Assembly (NCBI GenBank): GCA_963777605.1 | Contig: CAVZRV010000029.1 | Span: 32,001 to 96,000 of the forward strand | Length of the DNA stretch: 64,000 nucleotides | Direction of reading: 5' to 3' | From: an uncultured Acidobacteriota bacterium | Lineage (GTDB): Bacteria; Acidobacteriota; UBA6911; RPQK01; JAPXNP01 | In this document: piece after piece, positions 31,759-41,613 of the stretch | Position numbering within the stretch: the first letter of the stretch is position 1 | How the letters are laid out: the number at the start of each line of letters is the position of its first letter | The notes under the pieces: generated by a model | What the model was told of the DNA's origin: nothing | What the model saw: the letters and a program-made list of their open reading frames with translations, nothing else | The model's database searches: none | Translations under genes and position numbers: made by a program

Positions 31759-32908
31759 GTGAAGAAACTGTTGCTGGTGTTATCGCTGCTGATTGTACTG
31801 GGTCTTGTCGGGTTCCGGCTGTACCAGGAAATGACCACCGCGGAAGTTGCCGCTGCCGATGGTCCTCCTGGAATGCAACAACAGGCGTCGATGTTGGTGG
31901 AAACGGCCACGGCTGAGCCCAAGGTCTTTTCAACGCGTCTGGACGTTCTGGGTGAGCTGGAACCGCTCTACTCGGTCGAGGTGATGTCGAGAGTGAGCGG
32001 GCGGTTGAAAGAGGTACTCGTGCAACGCGGAGACCTCGTGCAAGAGGGGCAGTTGATTGCGGTTGTGGACGATGTCGACCTCCTGCAGCAGATCCGCCGG
32101 GCCGAAGCCGCTATTGCGGTTGCGAAAGCAGCGGTGGCGCGGGAGAAAGCCTCTCACGACAACCTGGTGCTCCAGGTTGAGCGCTACCAGGCCCTGCACG
32201 ACGAGGCACTCGTCTCCACTCAGGACCTGCAGGACCTTGAAAGCCGACTGCGGGTGTCCGAAGCCCAGATCCAGTTGGCCCAGGCTCAGGTGGACCAGGC
32301 CGAAGCGTCGCTGCGTGAACTGAAAGTTCAGCAGGAACAGACGCGCGTCTACTCGCCGCTCAGCGGGTTTGTCGGGGTGCGACACCTCGACCCTGGAGCC
32401 CTGGTGGGTTCCAGTGTGCCCATCGCGCGGGTGATCGACGTGAGCCGTGTCAAAACGGTGGTCCCGGTGTCGGAAAGGGTGCTGCCGGAGATCCGGAAAG
32501 GGCTTGGCGCCGAAATTCGTGTGGACGGCTACCCGAACAAGATCTACCACGGGCACGTGAGCCGGATCAGTCCTCTCCTCAATCCCGAAACTCGGGCCGC
32601 CGATTGCGAGATAGAGATTCAAAATGAGGCGGAGACCCTCAAGCCGGGCATGTTTGCCCGAGTCACCATCGATGCCAGCAAGAGTCGAAATTCACTGGCG
32701 ATTCCGCGGGCTGCTCTCTTGACGAGAGGATCGGAAAAGGGGGTCTTCCTGCTGACCGGCGAATCTGACGACCGAGTATCGGCGAATCGATATTGGGGAT
32801 ATCCAGGGGGACTTTGTTGAAGTTCTGAGCGGGTTGGATCCAGGGACTCGCGTGATCACGGCGGGCGCCCAGAAGCTCAATGATGGCGATAGGGTGAGAA
32901 TTGGATGA
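31759..32908 (+). CDS. RND efflux periplasmic adaptor subunit (frameshift near 32765)
   Basis: N-terminal TM, SRVSGRL, helical hairpin, SPLSGFV, LKPGMFARV; second frame GDFVEVLSGL..GAQKLNDGDRVRIG*. Confidence 0.88.
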
Positions 32909-35900
32909 AATTACCAGATCTGGCGATTCGGCGTCCCGTCTTCGCGACAGTTATCTTTCTCATATTGTCGCTCCTCGGTGCGATTTCCTTCATGCGCCTT
33001 CCGGTCGACTTGATGCCGGACATGACGCTTCCGACCATTACGGTGTCGACCTCCTACGAGGGAGTCGGGCCGGAGGAAATGGAGGAACTGGTTACGATCC
33101 CGCTGGAACGAGCCCTTTCATCGACCCCCTCGGTAAAGGAGATGACGTCGACGTCATCGGAGGGTTCGAGCCAGGTACGCCTTTCCTTTGAATGGGGGAC
33201 TGACATCGAAGCGGCCACGGACGACGTCCGAACGCGCGTCGACCGGGCCAGGGGCTCACTTCCCGAAGACGCTGCGGTTCCGTCGATCTTCAAGTTCGAT
33301 GTCGGTGTCTTCCCGATCCTTTTCCTTGGAGTTTCCAGCGACATGCCCCCGCGGGACTTGCGAGAGTTTGCCGAGAAGCAGCTCCAGTATCGTTTCGAGC
33401 GGATTCCCGGAGTGGCTCAGGCCGATATCTGGGGAGGGCTCCAGCGCGAAATTCACGTCAATCTTGATCGGGAGAAGGTTCACGCCCTCCGAATCAGTCC
33501 CAACCAGGTGATTGCCGCGTTGAGGCGGGAGAATTTGAACGAACCCGCCGGGCACGTGCTGGAAGGTGATTTCGAACTCTTGATGCGGACCGAAGGTGAG
33601 TACACCTCGATTGACGAGATCCGCAAAACGATGGTCACGCGCCGGCAGGGGCAGCCCATCTACGTCAATGATATAGCTACCGTGGAGGACACTCACCAGG
33701 AAGTCCGAAACTACGTTCGGGTCAACGGCGTACCTGGCCTCCGAATGTCTGTTCGAAAGCAGTCGGGAGCCAACACGGTCGACGTGGCACGGGCCGTTGT
33801 GCAGGAGATTGACCGCATCAACCGGGACTTTCCAAACGTCAAGGTTTCGACCATCTTCGACAACTCCAAGTTCATTGAGCGGGCGGTGTCAAATGTCCGC
33901 GATGCGGCCCTCTACGGATCGATTCTCGCCGTCATCATCCTGTTGCTCTTCCTGCGTAACTTCCGATCGACCCTGGTCGTGGCAATCTCTATCCCGATCT
34001 CGATCATATCGACCTTCGGATTGATGTATTTCTACGGGTTTACCCTGAACACGATCACTTTTGGTGGTCTCGCCCTGGGGGTGGGTGTTCTCGTTGACAA
34101 TGCGATTGTCGTACTCGAGAACATATTCCGCCATCGCCAGGATGGCGAAGGAAAGGTGGAGGCTGCGCGCAAGGGCGCCGAAGAGGTCGCGATGGCGATC
34201 ACGGCATCCACTCTGACCACCGTCGTCGTATTCATCCCCGTGGTCTTTATGCAGGGGATTTCGGGTGTTCTGTTTCAGCAGCTCGCGTGGGTGGTTTCCT
34301 TTTCCCTCTTCAGTTCACTCCTGGTTGCGTTGACGCTCGTTCCCTTGCTGGCCAGTCGATTTATCCGGGTTCGCGAGCCGAAAAAGGGAACGATTGCATT
34401 CCGGGTGATCCACGGCATGTCGAGCGCACTGGAAGGCCTGGATCAAAGCTATGCCGAAGCCATTCGGTGGTCGCTGAGACACCGTTGGACGGTAATCAGT
34501 TTGAGTCTCGTTGCGGTGGTTTCTTCGCTCTTCCTGTTGCAGTTCATTGGTTTTGAGTTCCAACCCGAGACCGACGAGGGTGAAGTGCGGATTAACCTGG
34601 AACTCCCCGAAGGAACGCGCCTGGACGTGACCGACAGCGTGACCCGGCAGGTTGAGCAGTTGGTACGAGACAAGGTTCCCGAGGCGGTCAACGTGTTGAC
34701 TGAGGTGGGTGAGCCGGGTGGTTGGCACGCCGCCAATACCAACACCTCGAGCATGCGTTTGAATCTGGTTCCCCTTGCGGAGCGGACGCGGAGTACGCAG
34801 CAGATCGCGATGGACCTGCGGCCGGACCTGGACAAGCTGGCCGGTGTACTCTCCCGGACGCGCGCAACAGGAGGAAACTTCCTGATGCGCATTGCACAGG
34901 GAGACGCGGGCCAGCTCAGCCTCGATGTTCGGGGTTACAACCTGAATGAGACCTATCCGGTGGCGGTTGAGGTGAAGCGGATGCTTGAATCAACCGACGG
35001 GATTTCCGACGCTCGGATCAGTCGAACTGCGGGTCGCCCGGAAAGCCGGATTTACATCGATCGGGAGAAAGTAGCCTCTCTCGGGCTCTCGGTTTCGGAG
35101 ATCGCGACCACCATCAGCGCCGCCCTCGGCGGAACGCGGGCGACTTATTTCCGGGAACGTGGAGACGAGTACGAGGTCAACGTCCGCTACGCCGAGAAGG
35201 ACCGCATGTCGAGTGCCGACGTGCTCGCAATTCCGGTGCAGTTGCCGGGCGGACAGGTCGTGCCGCTCCAGTCCCTGGTCGATTTCAAGCGGAGCGAAGG
35301 CCCCACTTCGATCAGCCGACGGGACCAGCAGCGGATCGTGAGTGTCTCGGGCAATCTGAGCGGCAGCAGGGATATGGGATCGATTGTTGCGGAGATGTCG
35401 GACAAGATCGCCACTCTGCGACTTCCCCCCGAAACGGCGGTGATCTTCTCCGGTGACTGGGAAGATCAGCAGGAGGCCTTCTTCTTCCTCAAGCTCGGTT
35501 TCATCCTGGCGATCGTCCTCGTCTACCTTGTAATGGCAGCGGAATTTGAGTCTTTCCGATACCCGTTCCTGATCATGTTCTCTCTACCGCTGGCTTCTCT
35601 GGGGGTCATCCTGGCCCTGTTCATCACCGATACCAACTTCAATATGCAGGCCTTCATCGGGGTCATCATGCTCGTCGGTATCGTGGTGAACAACGCGATC
35701 GTTCTGGTGGACTACGTGCTGCAGTTGATCCGGATTCACGGTATGCGTGTTGCTGACGCCCTTATAATGGGTGGCCGCCGGCGCTTGCGCCCCATCCTGA
35801 TGACCACGCTGACGACCGTGCTCGGATTGATTCCGATGGCCGTGGGACTCGGAGAGGGTGCCGAGCTTCAGGCCCCCATGGCCCGCGTGCTGATTGGAGG

Positions 35901-36036
35901 GCTGGTTTCGTCCACCTTCATAACCCTGTTTCTGATTCCTACTCTCTTCTACCTCATGGAGACCTTCCGGCTGCGGGAGCCCAGCGAGGCTCGCGAGCCG
36001 GTCGCAGGAGGCGAAGCGGAACCGGCTCTGGGATAA
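32905..36036 (+). CDS. RND efflux permease (AcrB/CzcA family)
   Basis: 1043 aa; AIRRPV, GVLVDNAIVVLENI, GIVVNNAIVLVD, RLRPILMTT. Confidence 0.95.
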   Translation: MKLPDLAIRRPVFATVIFLILSLLGAISFMRLPVDLMPDMTLPTITVSTSYEGVGPEEMEELVTIPLERALSSTPSVKEMTSTSSEGSSQVRLSFEWGTDIEAATDDVRTRVDRARGSLPEDAAVPSIFKFDVGVFPILFLGVSSDMPPRDLREFAEKQLQYRFERIPGVAQADIWGGLQREIHVNLDREKVHALRISPNQVIAALRRENLNEPAGHVLEGDFELLMRTEGEYTSIDEIRKTMVTRRQGQPIYVNDIATVEDTHQEVRNYVRVNGVPGLRMSVRKQSGANTVDVARAVVQEIDRINRDFPNVKVSTIFDNSKFIERAVSNVRDAALYGSILAVIILLLFLRNFRSTLVVAISIPISIISTFGLMYFYGFTLNTITFGGLALGVGVLVDNAIVVLENIFRHRQDGEGKVEAARKGAEEVAMAITASTLTTVVVFIPVVFMQGISGVLFQQLAWVVSFSLFSSLLVALTLVPLLASRFIRVREPKKGTIAFRVIHGMSSALEGLDQSYAEAIRWSLRHRWTVISLSLVAVVSSLFLLQFIGFEFQPETDEGEVRINLELPEGTRLDVTDSVTRQVEQLVRDKVPEAVNVLTEVGEPGGWHAANTNTSSMRLNLVPLAERTRSTQQIAMDLRPDLDKLAGVLSRTRATGGNFLMRIAQGDAGQLSLDVRGYNLNETYPVAVEVKRMLESTDGISDARISRTAGRPESRIYIDREKVASLGLSVSEIATTISAALGGTRATYFRERGDEYEVNVRYAEKDRMSSADVLAIPVQLPGGQVVPLQSLVDFKRSEGPTSISRRDQQRIVSVSGNLSGSRDMGSIVAEMSDKIATLRLPPETAVIFSGDWEDQQEAFFFLKLGFILAIVLVYLVMAAEFESFRYPFLIMFSLPLASLGVILALFITDTNFNMQAFIGVIMLVGIVVNNAIVLVDYVLQLIRIHGMRVADALIMGGRRRLRPILMTTLTTVLGLIPMAVGLGEGAELQAPMARVLIGGLVSSTFITLFLIPTLFYLMETFRLREPSEAREPVAGGEAEPALG

Positions 36037-36156
36037 GAGCTTCAATTCGACGCAACGGTGGTTGTCACTTCCGGGCAACCACCGGCCTTTCCTTTTTCCG
36101 GGACGAGGATCCCTGGAAACGGGATCTGGTTTACAATCCTTTAAGAGGAAGCGTCG

Positions 36157-36522
36157 ATGTTACTCAGGCCCGCGATTGACGTTGTCGAAGAGAGTTTCCA
36201 GCAGGGAGTCGCAATCCTCACGATTGAACGTGCCCTGCTCGATCCCGATGATTGCCCGCTGAAGTGCCGAATCGATCACCTGGTTCAGGACGGAACTCCC
36301 CGGATTCTGGTTGACCTTTCCCGCGCTTTGCTCCTGGATTCTTCCGATATTGGACGACTGATCCGGGCCCACGAGACCGTCCGTCGAGCGGGTGGGCGAA
36401 TTCATCTCTGCAACGTCCAACCACAGGTAGGCCGCCTGCTCGAGATTACCCGCCTGGACACCATGTTCGACATTCACTCCACCCGGGACGAAGGGATAGA
36501 GGCACTTCAGCGAAACGGCTGA
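36157..36522 (+). CDS. STAS domain anti-sigma factor antagonist
   Basis: ILVDLS..LDSSDIGRL, VGRLLEITRLD. Confidence 0.82.
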   Translation: MLLRPAIDVVEESFQQGVAILTIERALLDPDDCPLKCRIDHLVQDGTPRILVDLSRALLLDSSDIGRLIRAHETVRRAGGRIHLCNVQPQVGRLLEITRLDTMFDIHSTRDEGIEALQRNG

Positions 36523-36609
36523 ATTTTGCGGCCGAGAACCCTATACTCAATTCAGTAGCAGCCTGTTCGAGGCCGATGAACCTGAAATGCGAGTGCTAAG
36601 GAGATTGAG

Positions 36610-38244
36610 ATGAGAAACGGAATCGCCACAGTTCTCATGCCTGAGAATGAGCCTGTCAGAAACTACGCCCCGGGCAGTCCCGAACGCCAGAGTTTGAAGA
36701 AGAAGATAGAGGAATTCAAAGGGGCCCGACTGGATATCCCTCTCATCATCGGCGGACGCGAAGTGCGTACCGGAAAGCTGGGCGAATGCAGGGTCCCTCA
36801 CGATCACGGACACGTGCTGGCCACTTACCACCAGGCCGGTCAGGAGGAAGTGGACCTGGCAGTGGCTGAAAGCCAGAAGGCCTGGAAAGAATGGTCGCAG
36901 ACCCCCTGGGAAGATCGAGTGGCAATCTTCCGGCGAATGGCGTTGCTGCTGGCCGGACCCCACCGGGACAACCTCAACGCCGCGACCATGCTGGGTCAGA
37001 GCAAGACCGCCTTCCAGGCTGAGATCGACTCCGCTTGCGAGTTGATCGATTTCTACAATTTCAATGGCGCCTACCTCGCGCGAATCTACGCGGATCAGCC
37101 TCCATACAGCCCGACCGGGACCTGGAATCAGCTCGAGTACCGTCCCCTGGAAGGGTTCGTTTTTGCGGTGACCCCGTTTAATTTCACTTCGATTGCGGGG
37201 AACCTTCCGACCTCACCTGTCCTGATGGGCAATGTGGTTCTCTGGAAGCCGGCTTCTTCGGCGGTTTACTCCGCTTATTTCCTGATGAAGCTGTTCAAGG
37301 AAGCGGGGATGCCGGACGGGGTAATCAACTTCATCCCGGGACCGGGATCGCAGGTCGGTCGTCCGGTGTTGGCGAAACCGCAGCTGGCGGGCATCCATTT
37401 TACCGGCTCGACCGAGGTGTTCCAGGGGATGTGGCGCACCGTCGGTGAGAACATCAGCCAGTATCGCGGTTACCCGAGGATCGTGGGCGAGACCGGGGGC
37501 AAGGACTACGTCTTTGTCCACGAATCGGCTGATGTTGCGGAAACGGTGACTGGGCTGGTTCGGGGAGCCTTTGAGTACCAGGGACAGAAATGCTCCGCCG
37601 CTTCTCGGGCGTACATCCCCAGCTCGATCTGGCCGGAATTTAGGGACCGGCTGGTCGCCACGGTCAAGTCGATTGATATGGGCGACATCGAGGATTTCCG
37701 GAACTTCATGGGGGCGGTGATCGATGAGGGGGCGTTCAAGACGATCACTTCGTACATTGATTTTGCCGCGGCAAGCCCGGAAGCCGAAATTCTGACCGGC
37801 GGCAACTACCATGACTCCAGGGGCTACTTCGTCGAGCCCACCACTATCGTCACATCGAATCCGAAATTCAAGACCATGGAAGAGGAGATCTTCGGCCCCG
37901 TTTTGACCATCTATGTCTACGACGCCGGTAGGTTCGAGGAAACCCTCCGGCTTTGTGACGAGACCAGTCCGTATGCTCTCACTGGAGCGATTTTCGCACG
38001 TGACCGCAGGGCGGTGATCCGGGCCCGCGAGGTCTTGACCCACAACGCGGGAAATTTCTACATCAACGACAAGCCGACCGGCGCAGTCGTTGGGCAGCAG
38101 CCGTTCGGCGGTGGACGGGCGTCGGGTACGAATGACAAGGCCGGTTCGGCGCTCAACCTGTTGCGGTGGGCCAGTGTCCGGACGGTCAAGGAGAACTTTC
38201 TGCCGCCGACCGACTACCGTTACCCACATATGAACGCGGACTAG
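36610..38244 (+). CDS. pruA: L-glutamate gamma-semialdehyde (P5C) dehydrogenase
   Basis: NEPVRNYAPGS, FTGST, GETGGK, FEYQGQKCSA, EEIFGP, QQPFGGGRASGTNDK. Confidence 0.95.
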   Translation: MRNGIATVLMPENEPVRNYAPGSPERQSLKKKIEEFKGARLDIPLIIGGREVRTGKLGECRVPHDHGHVLATYHQAGQEEVDLAVAESQKAWKEWSQTPWEDRVAIFRRMALLLAGPHRDNLNAATMLGQSKTAFQAEIDSACELIDFYNFNGAYLARIYADQPPYSPTGTWNQLEYRPLEGFVFAVTPFNFTSIAGNLPTSPVLMGNVVLWKPASSAVYSAYFLMKLFKEAGMPDGVINFIPGPGSQVGRPVLAKPQLAGIHFTGSTEVFQGMWRTVGENISQYRGYPRIVGETGGKDYVFVHESADVAETVTGLVRGAFEYQGQKCSAASRAYIPSSIWPEFRDRLVATVKSIDMGDIEDFRNFMGAVIDEGAFKTITSYIDFAAASPEAEILTGGNYHDSRGYFVEPTTIVTSNPKFKTMEEEIFGPVLTIYVYDAGRFEETLRLCDETSPYALTGAIFARDRRAVIRAREVLTHNAGNFYINDKPTGAVVGQQPFGGGRASGTNDKAGSALNLLRWASVRTVKENFLPPTDYRYPHMNAD

Positions 38245-38269
38245 TGGCCCCTGTCAAAGATACCGCAGA

Positions 38270-40654
38270 GTGAGAACCTTGAAGACAACCCGACAGCGAC
38301 TTTTCGGTCCGACTTTGTGTTTAACCTCAATCCTGCTGGTGTCGGCACCGGCTTTCGGCCGGAACGGGCTTCAGGACCGCTCCGAACGTCCAGTCTACCT
38401 GGATCCGGCGGCACCGATCGCTCAGCGGGTTAACGACTTGCTCTCCCGTATGACTCTCGAGGAAAAGGTCGGGCAGATGAACATGCCCTGTGTCTACGAG
38501 GAAGGACTGGGGCGGACGCCGGAAGAAAAGCGAGAGGGTTGCCGGCGTTTTGCGGCCGGCACACAAGTGGAAGGCCTCGGCCCGGGAGGTGGATTTTTCA
38601 CTCTGCCCAACACGATCCTCCACGAGTCCGCCCGTGAACAGGCGGCCTTTCTCAATGGGCTCCAGCGTATCGCAGTCGAACAGACTCGCCTTGGCATACC
38701 GCTGTTGGAAACCGAGGAAGGAACTCATGGGCTGATGTGTTCTGATGCCACCATATTTCCCGAAGGTTTGGCTCTGGGGAGTACCTTCGACCTGGATCTC
38801 GTTTCGCGAATCTACCGGGTGGCGGCCACCGAAGCCCGATCCAGGGGAATCCACGAACTGTTCACACTTGTCGTCGAACCCTACCGCGATCCGCGCCTCG
38901 GACGCAGCCAGGAGGGCTTCAGTGAGGATCCCTGGTACTGTTCCGGGATTGCCCGGACGATCGTGAGAGCGGTCCAGGGTTACGACGTCTCGCAGCCGGA
39001 CCGAACTGTTGCCGGGCTTTGCCACTATCCGGGGCAGAGCCAGCCGGTCAGCGGCCTGGAGCGCGGAGCGATGGACATCTCAGAGCGGATGTTGCGAAAC
39101 GTTTTCCTTCCTCCCTGGGATGCCGGAATTCGTCAAAGCGGGGCCCTGGGCGTGATGGCGACGTATCCTGCCGTGGATGGAGTCCCGGCTCACGCATCCA
39201 CCTGGCTCCTGACCGAAATTCTTCGGCAGGAACTTGGTTTTCGCGGCCTGGTGCTGAGTGAAGGGGGCGGTATCGGAACGCTGGTTTACGAAGGTTTGGC
39301 AGCCGATCAAAAACATGCCGGGATCCTGGCTCTTCAGGCCGGCGTAGACGTAGGCATCTCTTACGAAGACGGGTACATGGTTCCCCTGGTGGAGAGCGTT
39401 CGCCAGGGTCTGGTTGACGAAGCGCTGGTCGACCGGGCCGTACGCCGAATTCTCGAGCAGAAGTTTCGACTCGGGCTCTTCGAGCATCCCTATGCCGACC
39501 CGGATACCGCGGCCGGCCTGGCAAGACAGTCGGAAAGTCGGGACCTGGCCCTGGAGGCTGCACGGAAATCGATTGTTCTCTTAAAGAACGAAGGGGACCT
39601 GCTCCCTCTGGACCGGGATCGACTGCGATCGATTGCCGTGATTGGACCCAACGCGGACAATGATCGGAATCAGTTGGGGGATTACACGCCACAACACATA
39701 TTGCAGGAGATTACGACGGTTCTGGACGGCATCCGCGAGCTGTCAGGAGCCGGTGTTCGTGTTGACTACCTCAAGGGTTGCGAGGTAATTGGCGACGCCG
39801 TCAACGAGATCGGACAGGCCGCCGAGACGGCCAGCAGGGCGGATGTGGCCGTTGTGGTCCTCGGTGAGAACGAATGGCAGGCAGCGGGCAGGATGGGAAC
39901 CAGCGGAGAGGGTTTTGATGTTGCCACCCTCGAGTTGACCGGCCGCCAGCGGGAACTGGTGCAGGCGGTGGTGGAAACTGGAACCCCGACCGTCGTCGTT
40001 CTCCTCAACGGACGCCCCCTGGCAGTGCGATGGATCGCAGCGCACGTTCCGGCCGTTCTCGAGGCCTGGCAATGCGGTGAAATGGGCGGCAGGGCTGTTG
40101 CCGAGATCCTGTTTGGTGAGGTCAACCCGAGTGGCCGCCTGCCGGTAACCGTTCCCCGTCACGTGGGGCAGTTGCCCGTTTACTACAACGCTCCCAAGTC
40201 GAAGCCGTACTGGATAGAGCATGGCTGGGGTACGCCCTATGCCGACTTGGACCCGCTACCTCTGTGGCCGTTTGGACACGGATTGAGCTACACCTCGTTT
40301 GATTATGGTGAGTTGAGCATCGAGCCGGCGGCGATGGGACGGAGTGGAGAAGCGACGGTCCGTTTCAGGATCCGAAACGCCGGGTCTCGGAAGGGAACCG
40401 AAGTCGTTCAACTCTACGTCACCGACGATGTGGCGAGTGTAGCTACTCCAGTTCGGGAATTGCGCGGGATTCAAAGGGTCGAGCTTGGGCCGGGTGAGGC
40501 CAGGATGATTGAATTTCGCGTCAGGCCGAGTGACCTTTCTCTGCTTGATCGTCACCTCGAGAGGGTGGTCGAACCTGGAACCTTCACCGTCCAGGTGGGA
40601 CACTCTTCGGCCGACATCCGGCTGAAAGGTATCCTCACCGTGGCAGCAGAGTAA
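38270..40654 (+). CDS. glycoside hydrolase family 3 (beta-glucosidase/xylosidase-like) with Fn3-like domain
   Basis: RMTLEEKVGQ, RLGIPLL, RDPRLGR..EGFSEDP, IVLLKN, FGHGLSYTSF. Confidence 0.92.
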   Translation: MRTLKTTRQRLFGPTLCLTSILLVSAPAFGRNGLQDRSERPVYLDPAAPIAQRVNDLLSRMTLEEKVGQMNMPCVYEEGLGRTPEEKREGCRRFAAGTQVEGLGPGGGFFTLPNTILHESAREQAAFLNGLQRIAVEQTRLGIPLLETEEGTHGLMCSDATIFPEGLALGSTFDLDLVSRIYRVAATEARSRGIHELFTLVVEPYRDPRLGRSQEGFSEDPWYCSGIARTIVRAVQGYDVSQPDRTVAGLCHYPGQSQPVSGLERGAMDISERMLRNVFLPPWDAGIRQSGALGVMATYPAVDGVPAHASTWLLTEILRQELGFRGLVLSEGGGIGTLVYEGLAADQKHAGILALQAGVDVGISYEDGYMVPLVESVRQGLVDEALVDRAVRRILEQKFRLGLFEHPYADPDTAAGLARQSESRDLALEAARKSIVLLKNEGDLLPLDRDRLRSIAVIGPNADNDRNQLGDYTPQHILQEITTVLDGIRELSGAGVRVDYLKGCEVIGDAVNEIGQAAETASRADVAVVVLGENEWQAAGRMGTSGEGFDVATLELTGRQRELVQAVVETGTPTVVVLLNGRPLAVRWIAAHVPAVLEAWQCGEMGGRAVAEILFGEVNPSGRLPVTVPRHVGQLPVYYNAPKSKPYWIEHGWGTPYADLDPLPLWPFGHGLSYTSFDYGELSIEPAAMGRSGEATVRFRIRNAGSRKGTEVVQLYVTDDVASVATPVRELRGIQRVELGPGEARMIEFRVRPSDLSLLDRHLERVVEPGTFTVQVGHSSADIRLKGILTVAAE

Positions 40655-40659
40655 TCCAG

Positions 40660-40915
40660 GCAGCCCGTCTGTATGGCGGCCGGGCAGCTTGCCCGGCGGA
40701 AGTGAACATTCTCAATCCAGGATTCTTGATTCCCGGTTTGTTCTGAAACAGGACTGAATCGCACTTTCAGTGCTGCATTGCCGTCTCGGTTCCCATTCCC
40801 GGGGCATTGCCGCCGGGCTGAAAATGACCCTGCGCCGTTGGCTCGCTCATCTGGCGATGCTTCACCGGTTTCACTCTCCGGATGATCTCCGCAGAGCGCG
40901 GGGGCGGGGCTGACT
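40660..40915. repeat. dispersed copy of the 24-kb REP-like repeat
   Basis: TATGGCGGCC..CAGCTTGCCCGGCGG..GGACTGAATCGCACTTTCAGTGCTGCATTGCCGTC..GCGCCGTTGGC..TCTGGCGATGCT..GGGGGCGGGGCTGAC matches 24175-24390 and 24590-24860. Confidence 0.85.
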
Positions 40916-41051
40916 CGGATCTCGGAACCTCTCGGTTTCGCACCGGACGACTCCTGCAAGTTTTCTTTCTTGCCGACTTCCGGAGAAGGGCAAATAATAG
41001 AAGTATCCAAAGCGTGCTTCCCGTTCTTCGATGCAAAGAGAGGAGGTCCCC

Positions 41052-41522
41052 ATGCCCTGGACCCAAGTCAAAGAGTTTCTTGACGAGAACAACGTCCCGT
41101 ACGTCTCTATCTCCCACTCGCCGGCCTATACTGCCCAAGGCATCGCGGCGTCGGCCCACGTCAGAGGGAAGGAGCTGGCCAAAACCGTTATGGTGAAACT
41201 CCATGGCAAGCTGGCGATGGCGGTCATGCCGGCTCCTTACAAGGTGAACTTTGACAAGCTGAAGGATGCGATCGGTGAAGCGTCGGTAGAACTGGCGTCC
41301 GAACACGAGTTTGAGCGCATGTTCCCAGACTGCGAATTGGGTGCCATGCCGCCGTTCGGAAATCTCTACGACATGGATGTCTACGTGGCTCGCAGCTTAA
41401 CTGAAAACGACGAGATCGCATTCAACGCCGGGACCCACTCCGAGTTGATCCGCATGGCATATGCCGATTTCGAACGCCTTGTTCAGCCGCGAGTCTTGAG
41501 GTTTACCGCGCACTCAGCGTAG
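41052..41522 (+). CDS. YbaK/EbsC family aminoacyl-tRNA deacylase-like protein
   Basis: LAKTVMV, FPDCELGAMPPFG, FNAGTH; GAGGAGG RBS. Confidence 0.9.
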   Translation: MPWTQVKEFLDENNVPYVSISHSPAYTAQGIAASAHVRGKELAKTVMVKLHGKLAMAVMPAPYKVNFDKLKDAIGEASVELASEHEFERMFPDCELGAMPPFGNLYDMDVYVARSLTENDEIAFNAGTHSELIRMAYADFERLVQPRVLRFTAHSA

Positions 41523-41613
41523 GATGAGCGTCCCTGCTTGTCTCGCGGACACGGCTGCCGTTTGAACATGGGGCGGAGGTCTTTGATGGCGGCTCGTGGG
41601 TGAAGCGACCGAT

